A stretch of DNA of 64,000 nucleotides, from positions 61,258,001 to 61,322,000 of the forward strand of contig NW_024704743.1 of NCBI RefSeq assembly GCF_018977255.1, read 5' to 3'. The DNA is from Callorhinchus milii. Its lineage: Eukaryota. The notes beneath the pieces were generated by a model. It made no database searches. It was not told the origin of the DNA and was given only the letters and a program-made list of their open reading frames with translations. Positions 11,258 through 23,343 of this stretch are shown in pieces. Numbering within the stretch: position 1 is the stretch's first letter; each line of letters opens with the position of its first letter. The position numbers and the translations under genes are program-made.

Positions 11258-11440
11258 CTCTGTGATCTTCATCCGCAGACGATGGTTATCGGTTTGAAGT
11301 CCCTCAAATCGAGATGTATTTGCCTGGTTCACACTTGTTACCGAGGTTGATGTCTTTGAATCTTCTTTTTTCTGATTCTGTGTGAATTGCAGTCTTCGGT
11401 TCTGAGTGGCTGCATCTGGGTTTGTTCTTAGTGTAATCAG
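11258..11440 (-). CDS. GABBR2: GABA-B receptor subunit 2, exon equivalent to human exon 16
   Basis: cag|CTGATT...ACAGAG|gtattt; 183 nt; [61 protein letters not shown], nearly identical to human GABBR2. Confidence 0.97.
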
Positions 11441-11659
11441 CTGTTGAGGAAGGTTTGAAAGAGGACTGTTTTTTGCAAAGTACAAGCAATCTTTTTAGAC
11501 TTGAGGCAGAGTGTGAACAGCCTACCTTTCTGACCCGACTCCTCTACCCATCCCTTTAAGTCAGCTAAACTGCTGAGCTAACACAGGCCTGCTGAGCAGC
11601 CCCCTTGCCCTCATGTCACCATCACTGGCTACAGCCACTACTCTGTTAATCTCAGGAAA

Positions 11660-11852
11660 TCCCTGCCTCAGTCTCTCCACAATGACCCCCTTTTGTGCAT
11701 CTTTAAATCACACCTGACGACCTATGTCTTCAACCCTGAATATGGTATCTTTCCACTCCCCTCTCCCTTGCTCAGTGTCCAACACCAGCAATGTACAGTG
11801 CTCTCAGAAGCTATCCTGCATGAAGGGTGCCATACAAATGTAAGTTGTTGTT
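11660..11852 (+). mobile_element. Degenerate L2 3' end
   Basis: Ends in TGAAGGGTGCCATACAAATGTAAGTTGTTGTTG. Confidence 0.65.
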
Positions 11853-12452
11853 GAAATGTCAGAGCTCATATTATTATGGTCACTGCTGCTCTTAATTTTC
11901 ATTTATTTCTCCCAAGCTTAAATACAACATGCTACATTCTCTACTTCCTCCTTGCATCCTCACTGTGTTGGGAGTCAAAATTCCTTATACTGCCTCTGAC
12001 TCTAATTCATTCTTTCTCGGGTCTTCAAGGCTATGAACTCCTTACCACTAGTAAATGTTTCATTATGTTTCATAATGGGATTTTCCCCGACAAACACGGA
12101 ACAACAAGGTTCATTTGTTCTATTAATCATCATGTGATATACCCATCTGCCTGAAGGGTTGAACAAGTTGAACATTGAAATCTACTTTTGCAAATGCAAA
12201 CAGCTGATGTGCCACCAAACAGTTATTTTAAAGAAGATAATTTGAGTGAGATGGACTCTGCAGTAGAACAGCCTGCAGATACGAGCTGCACAGAAAGTAA
12301 TTTACAAATTAATTTCATTGATGTTATTAACCTAGGAAAATATATATGGGGGGGGGCTTGTCAAACTGCTTGACATAACCAGTGAATGATGTTCATTGAA
12401 ATTGGAAAATATAGCCCAGAATGTTCCTTTAACTAATATACTTCTCTGATTA

Positions 12453-12758
<306 letters not shown>

Positions 12759-12954
12759 TTATTTAATTTTGTTCTTAAAATAAAGAACACATGCAGGTGG
12801 GAAAGGGGTAAGTGATATAACAGAATTTCTCCGTCTTGCATCAAAGCCTGTACGTTTATGGACCAGCAGAAAATACGACCAGAAAATAGCTCCAGAGAGT
12901 TTAAAATAGATGGTTCAGAACTTGGCATCAGATAATCTATGATGACACGCCGAT

Positions 12955-13347
12955 GCAATGTTAGGAGTGTGCTGCACTGTTGGATGTGCTATCCTTCAGA
13001 TGGCATGTTAAACCAATATCTTGTCTGCCTATTCAGGTGGACTTTAATGATTCCTTGCCACTATTTAAAAACAGAAAGCAGTTTCTCCTGGTGACCTGAC
13101 CAACTATTCCCCAGATAAAATTGGTCATTCACTTGATGGCTATTTGTTGGACATTGCTATATGCAAATTAGCTACCACATTTGACTTCTCAGACACTCCA
13201 CTGACACTCAAACTTCTAAGCCGTTACACTGTGTGAAGAGCACTATATAATCTCTTCAGAATATGTTGCTATATTCTATGAAGCGCTTTGTCATATTCTC
13301 CTGATGTGAAAGGTTCTATATTAAATGTAAGGATCATTATTATTATT
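12955..13347 (+). mobile_element. Deu-domain SINE (5'-truncated)
   Basis: GTGCTGCACTGTTGGATGTGCTATCCTTCAGATGGCATGTTAAACC...CAGGTGGAC core; TGTGAAAGG..TAT..AAATGTAAGG(ATT)n tail. Confidence 0.75.
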
Positions 13348-14471
13348 ACATAGCAAATTTGCTGCCATGTGCTCTGACCTGGTTGCAACTTTACTATAAT
13401 TTTCCAATTAAAATGTTCCAGACAAGTCACCAGACAAATTCTCTTGACAGTCGAGAAGATCGAGTTACATTTACACTAGTTGATGTGCTAGAAATTGGAG
13501 CCCTGAAGCCATCGCTTATAAGTTTATACACAACTATTTTTGTTTTATTCAGGAGCCTTGACTCAATTTTTCCATTAGAATATTAAACTGAAGGTATTAC
13601 AGACACGTCATAGATAGATCAACTATTTTGAGAGCAAAGGGTCAACACTTTCAGTTTCTGTCAGAGGTGCTACTTTTAGAAGATAATAGACCACTTCTAC
13701 TTGTTCTTCAGATGGATGTTAACAATTCCATGATAATATTAAAAACGATAAAAGTCTCCCAGTGTCTGGCCAACAATCCTTCAGATTAATTGGCCATCTA
13801 TCTTATGGCTGTTTGCGGGACATTTCTGGTGAAAATAGCTGCCTTATGGTCATTATAGTTGATGGTAATAACTTGCTTTGTGGTGTTTCAACCGGATAAA
13901 GTAATGTAAATTCTTTCATTCTGTTCAGGGATGTATCGAGTAAGGATACAGGAAGAACAGAGGCTCATCATTCAACAAAATTCCAGGATGGAGACACGAA
14001 CACTTCACAAAGTAAACCTGTTAAGACACACCAGGCAAGAGTGGGCAAACATATCAGCACAGTATGATCCGATACACGAATGACCCAACCACATAGCACT
14101 GAACAGCAGGCAACTGAGAAACCAGGTTAAACAAACTGTCTGTTTGGGAGGGCGAGCTGTGAGGATTAGAATACTTGGTAAAATATCAAGATGTCACATT
14201 AAATCTGTTCTGGACATCACCAGGCCTTGTTCCCTACAGCAAAGCCAGAAATCCCTGGTCAAGGTGAACAGTTAAATGCAACTACTGTTTTTTAGTATTT
14301 CTGGGACAATCACAGATATAAACAACAACAATGTGCATTTATATAGCGTCCCTCACACTGAAGCTCAGGGTTGTGCTTGCGGACAGATCAGAGATGTTCA
14401 GCAAATCGGTCACCCAATCTGCATTTCGTCTCCCCAATGTAAAGGAGACCACATCGTGAGCATCTCACTTT

Positions 14472-14720
14472 GACCTCTCCATCCATGGTCTCCTACGCTG
14501 TTCCAATGAACCACAGCGCAAGCTCGAGAAGGAGCACCTCATCTACCTGCTAGGGACCTTACAGCCCTCTGGCCTCCATACTGATTTCAACAATTTCAGA
14601 CCATAACAGCTCACCTTCTCCCTCCCCCTCTTCTGTGACCAGTACCACATCATCTGGGTCCCAGACATACCTTTTCTCTCTCTGGTCTGCCTATTTTGTT
14701 GTAATTTCCCCCCACCCCTT
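14472..14720 (+). mobile_element. Penelope-like retroelement remnant (GIY-YIG C-terminus and 3' flank)
   Basis: 14472-14606 translates DLSIHGLLRCSNEPQRKLEKEHLIYLLGTLQPSGLHTDFNNFRP*, resembling the Penelope C-terminal RKLxExxLIxxLGTLxPxGLN motif. Confidence 0.75.
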
Positions 14721-14799
14721 TGTTATGCATTATTAACACCAATGCTGTTGTCACGACTATAATGACATTTAATGTAGTGAAATGTGGAGTAAGGAGTAA

Positions 14800-15320
14800 G
14801 TAAGTAAGGAAACTTGCCCTGCTGTTTCGCCCTGCCGGGAATAGAACCCAGGTCTCTCGCTTGCGAGGCGAGTGTTCTAGCCACTGAGCTACAGGACTCT
14901 ATAATAATATAATAATAATGGTGATAATCATGATAATAATACTTACATCTAATACAGTGCCTTCCGTGTTTGGAAGATGTGCCAAAGTGCTTCACAGGAT
15001 ACATTGTAAAGTGTAACGACTGTGTGTTTTGTGGGAAAAAGCAGCAGCTAATTTGTGCCTCACAAACCAGCCATGAAGTCAATTTTATTTGGGGGATTAT
15101 TGGGATCGTTGGCAGGATGCCAGGAGAAACTTTCTTTTTTTGAATCGTGCCAAACGTTTTTTAACATCTACCTGGACAGGCACACTCAAGGCTTTGGTTT
15201 AATGTCTCATCCAAAGAACAGCACCTCAAACAATGCAGCACACCCCCAGCACTGCAGTGTCAGTTGAGACTATAAAAAATCCAAATCCTGGCATGCTACC
15301 AAATGAGCCAGGCTGACAGA
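14800..15320 (-). mobile_element. Deu-domain SINE (~14900-15320) abutting an isolated young SINE head (~14800-14899)
   Basis: GTCAGCCTGGCTCA head at ~15320, Deu core, (ATT)-type tail at 14900-14940, then AGAGTCCTGTAGCTCAGTGG...GGGTTCTATTCCC. Confidence 0.75.
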
Positions 15321-15334
15321 CATCTGTACTGGGA

Positions 15335-16345
15335 CTCCCCCTATTTCTTGAATATATTGATGACCTGGATTTGCAGATTCAATGAAAGGTAGTTACATTT
15401 GCAGATGGCACAAAGTTGGAGAGAACCGTGGAATCGATGGAGACAGCAAAGGTCCAACAGGGAGTTTATAATATATAACAATCCTTGCATTTGATATAGC
15501 ACCTTATCACGTCTTCAAGACATCTCAAAGCGCTTCATAGGATATACTATAAAGTGAATTGACTACATATTTTGTGGGAACTTGATAGGGTATGCACATG
15601 GGCTGGGAAATGAAGTTTAATACTGTTAAATGCAAGGTAGTACATGTAGGGTGCAACATGGATGATATAGAAGTTGCCAAGGGTAAGCTGAAAGTGATCC
15701 AGTTGACTCATCACTTACCATGTTAAAATAGTGTGAGGCAACAATAAACCATGCAAACAGGATGCTGGGCTTGATGCTAAATCAGTTGAATTTAGATTCC
15801 CAAATATCATATTATGTTTAGATGCCCAGACAAGCCATAGAGTGCCCTGGTCATGCCTCAGCTAGAGCACTGCATGCTGTTCTGGTCATTTCAACATAAG
15901 GGAGCTGCCCAGGCTCTGGAGGCAGTGCAGAGGAGAGCAATGAGGTAGAGGAATGAGGAATGAGTTATGTGCAATGGTTAGACATGCTAAGCCTCTTCAG
16001 GCTTGAGAGAAGGTGATTCAGAAGGGACTTCATAGAGGAGTATAAAATTGTAAATTGAAAAAGTAAACTTAGAACAAAACTTTGGGATGCGCCAAGGCCA
16101 TAGAACAAGAGGACAGAGGTTTGTACTTGCAAAGGACAATTTTATGACAGGTTTTTCTTTACTCAGAGGGCTGATTATGACTGCAACTGGTTACCAGGAA
16201 GGATGGTTAAAGCCAGGACATCAAATTCATTTAAAAAGCAACTTGATGCAATGATGGGAGGATGGGAGGGATGGTATTCTGGAAGGATGAGATCAGATAG
16301 GCTTAAAGGTTCACTTCATCCAAACCAATCTTGTGATCTTGTGAG
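15335..16345 (+). mobile_element. Old degenerate CR1 3' half with a SINE tail inserted at ~15478-15578
   Basis: Relics of IFLNILDDLD, FADGTKL, FNTVKCKVVH, LVMPQLEHC, VQRRA, LFRLEKR and FFTQR motifs. Confidence 0.7.
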
Positions 16346-16374
16346 TCTTTTAAGTAATATGTAAGACGATGGCC

Positions 16375-16546
16375 CCCTCACTCCCCAACTTCAAATCCTG
16401 CCTAAACACCTTCCTTTTTGATCATGCTTATGGTCACCTCCCTCCTCTCTCTCCTCCTGGCTCGTTGTCAGACTCTGCCACTGTCAAGCGTTCCAGGACA
16501 CTACCCCGTGTGAAGGGCACTATATAAATGCAAGTTGTTGTTGTTG
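16375..16546 (+). mobile_element. L2 3' end
   Basis: TTCAAATCCTGCCTAAACACCTTCCTTTTTG...TGAAGGGCACTATATAAATGCAAG(TTG)n. Confidence 0.75.
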
Positions 16547-17269
16547 GTATGCTATGGATGAGGGACTTTTTTAGGCTATTGTTTTACTTGATTTGAGGGA
16601 CCATCTTTATCAGTTTCAACATCAAAAATATGATCATATATTCGTGTATACTCACAAACACATATAAAATAAGTGTTTGTGGAGAATGAATTTCCTCCCT
16701 TCAGTCTTGAAAAGAGATATCGCAGAGGTAATTTTACAAATATGCAAGAAGCCAAATGGGACAGTGAACGTAAATCCACAAGAATACTTTCAGACACTCC
16801 AGGTTACAGATCCAGGGTTGTTCAAGAGCAATTTTAGGGCAGACACCAGAAAGTATTTTTCCTTACAGTGTGATAATTAACAGCTGGAACAAAGTAGCAT
16901 GAAGGATGTTAAAGACACTGCACATATTTCACAAATAGCATGATTTTGTAATGAGAAGAAGGTAGCGTGCATTCTGGATGGATGTGATCAAATAGTTGAA
17001 GGTTTTTCTTCATCAGAATTTCTCTTGTGATTTTGTGCAGTAATCTTGAGAAACCAATGATGATTATAGATGGGTCCTTTCACTTAACATATCTTGTCAG
17101 TAGGTATCTTCCATCAACAAATATCAGGCATATGATCCAAGCAAGTGGGGAGAGACAGAGCGGTCATGCAATTAGATGGCCATTTCCCTTTTGGGCTGAA
17201 TTTTCTTCCCAAAGTTTGGATGCAGATAATTTCAGGAGAATCAACTTCCAAAATCTTTCAATTAAACTG

Positions 17270-17613
17270 TGTAGTCTGGTAGCGTAGTGGTTAGAGCACT
17301 TGTTTCGCAAGTGAGAGGACTCTGATTCGATTCCCAGGTGGGGCGAAACCTTAGGCAAGTTTTCTTACTCCACCCGCCTCTGGTGACCTAGCAGTAAGTA
17401 GTTGTTAGTCAATTGGCAGATAGCTTTCTGGGGGTAATAACACCTTAAAAAAAATTGGTCATTCAATCCACAACTATTTGTGAGACACTGCCGTGTTTCG
17501 CCCACAAAATATACAGTCAATCTACTTTACACTATATTCTGCGCAGCGCTTTGAGACGTCTCAATGACACGATAAGGTGCTATATCAAATGTAAGGATTA
17601 TAAGGATTATTAT
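17270..17613 (+). mobile_element. Full-length tRNA-derived SINE
   Basis: TAGCGTAGTGGTTAGAGC A box, GATTCGATTCCC B box, family body, (ATT)n tail. Confidence 0.88.
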
Positions 17614-18000
17614 TAAAATAGCAAAACAACTGCTCTTGCAGCTCATCCCTGCTGTACCTTTCATCAAATAAAGGTAACACACAGCCATTCCTTTACACTA
17701 AAGAAGGGTTAGGTAGAGGATACTTGGGAATTGACCAACTCTCAAATGCTCAGGTGAGTCACTTGATATCATATAGCTGTGAGAGACCTGATGATATCTC
17801 AGTTCTTCATAACTCCAGACACGAGCAGCTTCAACATCATGTTGTATGAGATGGTAATTTCACTTGCACCACTTCAGGTTGTTTGATAACCTCTGTTACT
17901 CTGTGTAATTCAACTTTGTGTCACAATATCAGAAGAAATGAGAAATAATCGATGCGATTCATCCAAAAACATTTTTTAAAACATAACGCACAATTCTTAC

Positions 18001-18111
18001 CATAAGAAGGCCTTTGTAGGCATAGACGATGCCTAGCCAAATGGACATGTTGGTATTCTCACAGTGTTCCAGGAATGGACGGATTGCAAAATCTCTGTCA
18101 CCGGGGTCTGG
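18001..18111 (-). CDS. GABBR2: GABA-B receptor subunit 2, exon equivalent to human exon 14 (ECL2-TM5)
   Basis: Branch-like GCTAAC, ttttcacag|CCAGAC...CTTATG|gtaaga; 111 nt; [37 protein letters not shown] vs human [37 protein letters not shown]. Confidence 0.97.
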
Positions 18112-18158
18112 CTGTGAAAACAGAAAAGCTCAGTTAGCGTCAAGTGACTTCATATCAG

Positions 18159-18594
18159 GTATCAGCCTGGCTCAGTAGGTAGCACTCTCACCTCTGAGTC
18201 AGAAGATTGCAGGTTCAAGCCCCATATCGGGACTTTGAACACACAAGCAGGCACTCTAATACAGTGCTGTAGGAGTGCTGCATTGTTGGAGGTGCCATCT
18301 TTCAGATGAGATGTTAAACCGAGGTCCCATCTTCCTGTTCAGGTGAACATTAAGATTTCATGGCACTGTTGTAAATGAGAAGGGAGTTTCTCCTGATGTC
18401 CTAGCCAACAATCCCCCAAATAAAATTGGTCACTCACTTCATGGCTATTTGTGAGACATTGCTATGTGCAAATTAGCTGCTGTGTTTCCTTTGATAATTG
18501 TCAGTACACACTGCAGTAAATCTTGTGAAGCACTTTCTTGAGAAGTCCTCCTGACATGGAAAATGACTATGCAAAATGCAAGGATTATTATTAT
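18159..18594 (+). mobile_element. Full-length Deu-domain tRNA-SINE (SacSINE1/AmnSINE-like core)
   Basis: TGGCTCAGTAGGTAGCA A box, GGTTCAAGCCC B box, core GTGCTGCATTGTTGGAGGTGCCATCTTTCAGATGAGATGTTAAACCGAGG, (ATT)n tail. Confidence 0.88.
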
Positions 18595-19046
18595 AGTTAT
18601 TAAAAGCTTCACAATGTTGAGCAGTAGTGGAGAGGTTGAGGTGGCTGCAAGTTTAGCTGTGTAGAGAGGAAGGTGATCACATTATGAATGGTACTGATAG
18701 TTTGCTAAACATGAAGGTGATCCTTCATTTTGATGAATGTGAAGGTACAATGGCTGTGGATAGCTCACAGGATAAGCAGTTTCATCTCTCAGGCACAACC
18801 ATCAGACCTGGAATTGGCCACATGCAGCAACAATTACAGAAATTCAAGAAGGGACAGTGGACAAAACTTGAATTTTAATTTATTTATAAGTTCTATCCTT
18901 TAACAGTTAATGCACATAAACCACAAGGCTGTAGTTTCTATTGACACAATGATGTTTTAAGGATTCCCCTTGTGTTCCCTAACTGCGTGACTAACCTATA
19001 ATGAATACTGGATAGAATATTGGATAGGAATACTGGATAGGAAAAT

Positions 19047-19163
19047 TTCACCCACAAAATATACAGTCAATCCACTTTGCAGTATATTCTGTGAAGCGCT
19101 TTGAGACGTCTCAACAATGTGATAATGCATTGTATTAAATACAAGAATTATTATTATTATGAT
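19047..19163 (+). mobile_element. 5'-truncated SINE 3' end with 10-bp TSD
   Basis: ATAGGAAAAT at 19037-19046 and 19164-19173 flanks the family tail. Confidence 0.85.
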
Positions 19164-20484
19164 ATAGGAAAATACTGGATAGGATTGTATTCTTGAATAG
19201 GAATAGATAATATAGAATTCCCTGTTATGGAAAGAGGTGTCTTGCTTTTTTCAGGGAGCTCAGTAAGATTGCTGAGTTGGTTCCATTCTTTCAGTTCCGC
19301 AGCTTTTAGACTAAAAGATTTGGCTTCTCAGTAGTGCAGATTTGCAGTGTATGTATTCGAAAAGTACTATACCCTCTTCTGCACACAGTGTGGTCTAATG
19401 TACAGCCATTTCTCATCAGATTCCTTGATAAGGAATTTTTTAATAAGGAATCCGTGGAAGGACCCCTCCCAGAAGCCAGAATACTTGTAGCAATTCCACT
19501 CTGAAAGTAGGTTGTGACAGAGTGGAGCTCCCCTGAGTCGATGTGACACGATTTGAGTTGCAATGGAAATCACCATTTATCAGACCTGCCCATGACATGA
19601 TTTAAGAACACCATTATTAACCCTAGAGTTGTGCTGGTGGGTATTAAAAGAATCCATTTATAAAAATAAACTGGAGCAACCCACTTCAGTGCCAGTTTAT
19701 ACCAGACCTTTGAGGCTATTGCCAAGGACGATGGTTTTGCTAACCTTTCCTCTTGTCTCTTACTATCCACCAGTGGTGATGATGATGCCTGTTAGGAGAG
19801 CAGGACTAGATTCTGTCACTCCACTCAGGTTGTTCTTTGTGAAAATTTTGAGAGCAAAACAGCAGGGGAGATTAGTCATACGATTTCTGATCCTGCTTGT
19901 AATCTCATGTAGATTGCTGCACCCAGGGGTTTGCAGATACGATGGATTAAGGATCGGGTTCATCCACAAACACAGGACACCAGTGAACCCATGAAGACTA
20001 CAACAGCAGTTAAAGAAAATGCAATACCTTCACTGTTGTCTTCAGTGGCATCTGCAAATCCAGGTCAAAACAAAAACAGAGCAGAACAGAAGAAAGTAGA
20101 AAAAAAACTGAACTGAACAAAAATTAAGCAAAACAGAAATAAGTCAGAACCGAACCCAAATCAGCCAATAACATCAATGAACAAAACAGACCAGAAATAA
20201 AACTGGACCACGGCAGAACGCCTTCTTTAACAATGAGAATTCTGTTCATGATTTAATGCCCATTTGACTCTCATTTTAAAGAGTTCTCACAACCACACAA
20301 CTGATTCTGGATCAAGGGACTAAGTTCCAGCACTGGGATCAATTCTGCGAAGCCACTCTGTGATGGGTCAATGGATAAGAAGATGGAAATTCCTGCATCA
20401 CGTAATGTTGTGTGAGTGACTGAATTTAATAACCTATCCGAGAACTGACACAAATGCCCAACTTAGGGTTTAGGATTCAATAAA

Positions 20485-20900
20485 AACAACAATTTGCATT
20501 TGTATAGCGCTCTTCATGCAGGGTAGAGCTTGGGGCACTTAACGATGGATAGTTTGATGCTGAGCTAGTGAGAAAGAATAGTGGAAAGTCTTCAGTGTGA
20601 TCTGAATATGGACAAAGAAGCGACAGGACAGAGGAATTGAGGCATGGAGTTCCAGTGATCGGGGCGTGAAAAGGTCGGGTTGCGGAGTGGTGTCTGAACA
20701 GGTCAGAGAGATAGGAAGGCGCCAGAGCATGGAGCGATTTGTAGGTGAGTGTGAGGATCTTGAAATTGATCTATTCTGTCAGAGGGATCTAGTGGAGCAT
20801 GACAAGCACCGGGGTGATGGGAGTGAGGAGATTGGTGAAGGTGAGGATACAAGCAGTGACGTTTTGAATTAGTTGGACTTTGTGAATGGTGGTGGACTAA
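20485..20900 (-). mobile_element. Degenerate L2 3' fragment
   Basis: (CAA)n-TTTGCATTTGTATAGCGC tail; GAGGATCTTGAAATTGAT (IDFKIL-like motif on the minus strand). Confidence 0.7.
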
Positions 20901-20979
20901 GGGGCAGCTGATTACTTTTTAACACAAGCGTTGGGTTTTTAACCATATCCCTTCAAGCCTTTGTCTTTCAAAAAGCTTT

Positions 20980-21372
20980 TGTCAGCCAGCCCGCCGCAGT
21001 GGTAGCACTCTTGCTTCTGAGTCAAAAGGTTGTGGGTTCAAGCCCCATGTCAAGACTTGGAATCACAAAGTCCAAGCTGACACTCCAATGCAGTGCTGGG
21101 GGTGGGAAGGATATTGCATTGTTGGAGGTGCCGTCCTTCAGATGAGATGTTAAACCGAGGTGCCGTCTGCCCATTCAGGCGGATGTTAAAGATCCCATGG
21201 CACTATTTGAAACGAGAAGAGAGTTCCTCCCAGTGTACAGACAAATAATCCCCCAAATAAAATTGATCACTCACTCCATGGCTGTCTGTGAAACATTGCT
21301 GTATGCAAACTGGCTGCTGCATTTCACCCGCAAAACACACAGCGCCATATCAAATGTAAGGATTATTGTTGT
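20980..21372 (+). mobile_element. Deu-domain tRNA-SINE
   Basis: Head, B box GGTTCAAGCCCC, core GGAGGTGCCGTCCTTCAGATGAGATGTTAAACCGAGG...AAAGATCCCATGGCACTATTTG. Confidence 0.88.
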
Positions 21373-22499
21373 TATTTCCTTCTTGAAACCTACAATGGAC
21401 ACTTGCCTCTAATATCTTACTTGGCAGAGCATTCCACGTCCCTATAACACTCAGTGTGAAAAGATTCTCCTAAGCTCATCATATCCCTTGATACTTCTAT
21501 TACCCACATATCTGTCCATCTCTCTTTTAAACAATTAACAGTCAGTTGTTTGATGATTACCGCTCTGATCTTTCTCTTTCTCCAATGCTTTACTTTCAGC
21601 CAATCAAACAAATGAGAGTTGGTAGCAATTCAAATGAGACCAGTTCTTAAAATAATGAGCCCCAGAGAAAAGACATGGTGAATCATCCAGTGTCCTTTTG
21701 AAGAAATCAAATACTAAAATATGATCATAATTTATTCAGGGGCTATTGATGTGGCTATTCACCTAAGAAGCCCTACTTTACATTAAAAAGGGGATAAGAG
21801 GTTTGTGAGGAGGAAGTGGTTTTGTACAGAAATAGATAGAGGAAGGACTGAAGAATGGAATGGGAGTAAGATTTTAATTTGCATTGGGAAGTGAGGAAAA
21901 CTATTCAACTCATACATAATAAAGTCATGAGTCAGTCTCATATGTAGAGGCGAAATCATAGAAAATCTCAGTGGTACCCATTCTAACACAGTGTTCAGGA
22001 TCCATAAATGCAATACAACTTACACTTACATAGCATCTTTCACTTTGAGAGGATGTCCCAAAACCCTTGACAATTCTGGTTGGGCAGCAGAGCTCAGGAT
22101 GGGAGCTGAGTGGGGTGAGGAAGGGGAAACAATGATCGAAAGAGGTCAAAGAGGTACGTTTAGAGGTGTATAACATTCATACACTGAGCCACCATATAAT
22201 GGGTTTGACTGTGTCCAGCCAATTCACTGCCTATGTGCTACCTGGTTCCCATGCTAAAAGTAAAATAGCTTGTTTATTTTGTGTGCACAAAAAAGGAAGT
22301 GATATTAGTGGCCTAATGACCTGGAAGTCAACCAGTTTAGTGTGAAAAGTCAGCCAGTGTTCATTTAAAATGAATGGGCTCCATAGTGCAACCGTGTTAT
22401 AATTAAATTCAGGATTAAATGCGTCACATTATAACAGGACTGTACTGTATTTTGAAAAAGAATTCCAGGTCCCAGATTGTCCAGGTTTTGTAAATGATC

Positions 22500-22720
22500 A
22501 GTACAAACTGCATACAGAATGCCTTGCGGTGGTTGAGGCAAAATCTATATTGGCTTTCAAGAGAGAACTAAACAGACACCTTAAAAATAGTCAGCTACAG
22601 CAGTATGGGGAAAGGGCAGGTAAATGGAACTGAAAGGATTGCTCTTGAGAGAACCGGCACAGACATGATGGATTGAATGTTCTTCTTCTGTGCTGTAAAT
22701 TTATATTGTTCTATGGTTCT
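22500..22720 (+). mobile_element. CR1 3' end
   Basis: GTGGTTGAGGCA...TTTCAAGAGAGAACTA...TATGGGGAAAGGGCAGG...CCGGCACAGACATGATGG, parallel to 8920-9118. Confidence 0.7.
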
Positions 22721-23184
22721 TCAGGATTACACACTTGTAACTGATCCCTGTCAGGCAGCTCAGCATCTCAATTCCATACCCACTCCTACAGTCAAACTGG
22801 CAGCTGGCAGTGAGGATAGTATTAAACAGGACCTGTGTGAGAACGAGAGTGCCTTGAATATTTTTAGCTGGAGAGTATTTCCATTGAAAGTTCTCCTCTA
22901 GCTACTCCTCTGAATGAGAACCATTGTAAATGGCTTCTAATCTGTGATATTTGCTGTGGGAAGCGGAAAAAAGACTGGTGAACAACAGCCATCTCCCACG
23001 ACCATGTCCCCACGGAACTGTTTGTATTTTAGTACCTTCTGGAAATCACTGATCCCCACCGGGCCACCTGCCCATTCATGCCAACCAAGATGGCTCAAAC
23101 AAGTGCTTCTCATCCCTTCTGCTAATGTTGCAAATTAGATTTTGTTGTAGATTGTCCACAGATATTAGCACACCTTTTGTATTG

Positions 23185-23343
23185 CCTCTCGACTCTCTAC
23201 CCCCTCCTTGCTCCCTACCTTCCCTCCCCTCACCCTGACCATTTCCCCCCTGCTCGGGTCCCGACCCAACTGTCCAGCGTCTTGGGACATCCTCCTGACG
23301 TGAAAGGCGCTCTATAAATGACATCTTGCTGTTGTTTTTGTTG
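23185..23343 (+). mobile_element. L2 3' end, same young subfamily as 5278 and 8288
   Basis: Near-identical to 8480-8640. Confidence 0.9.
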
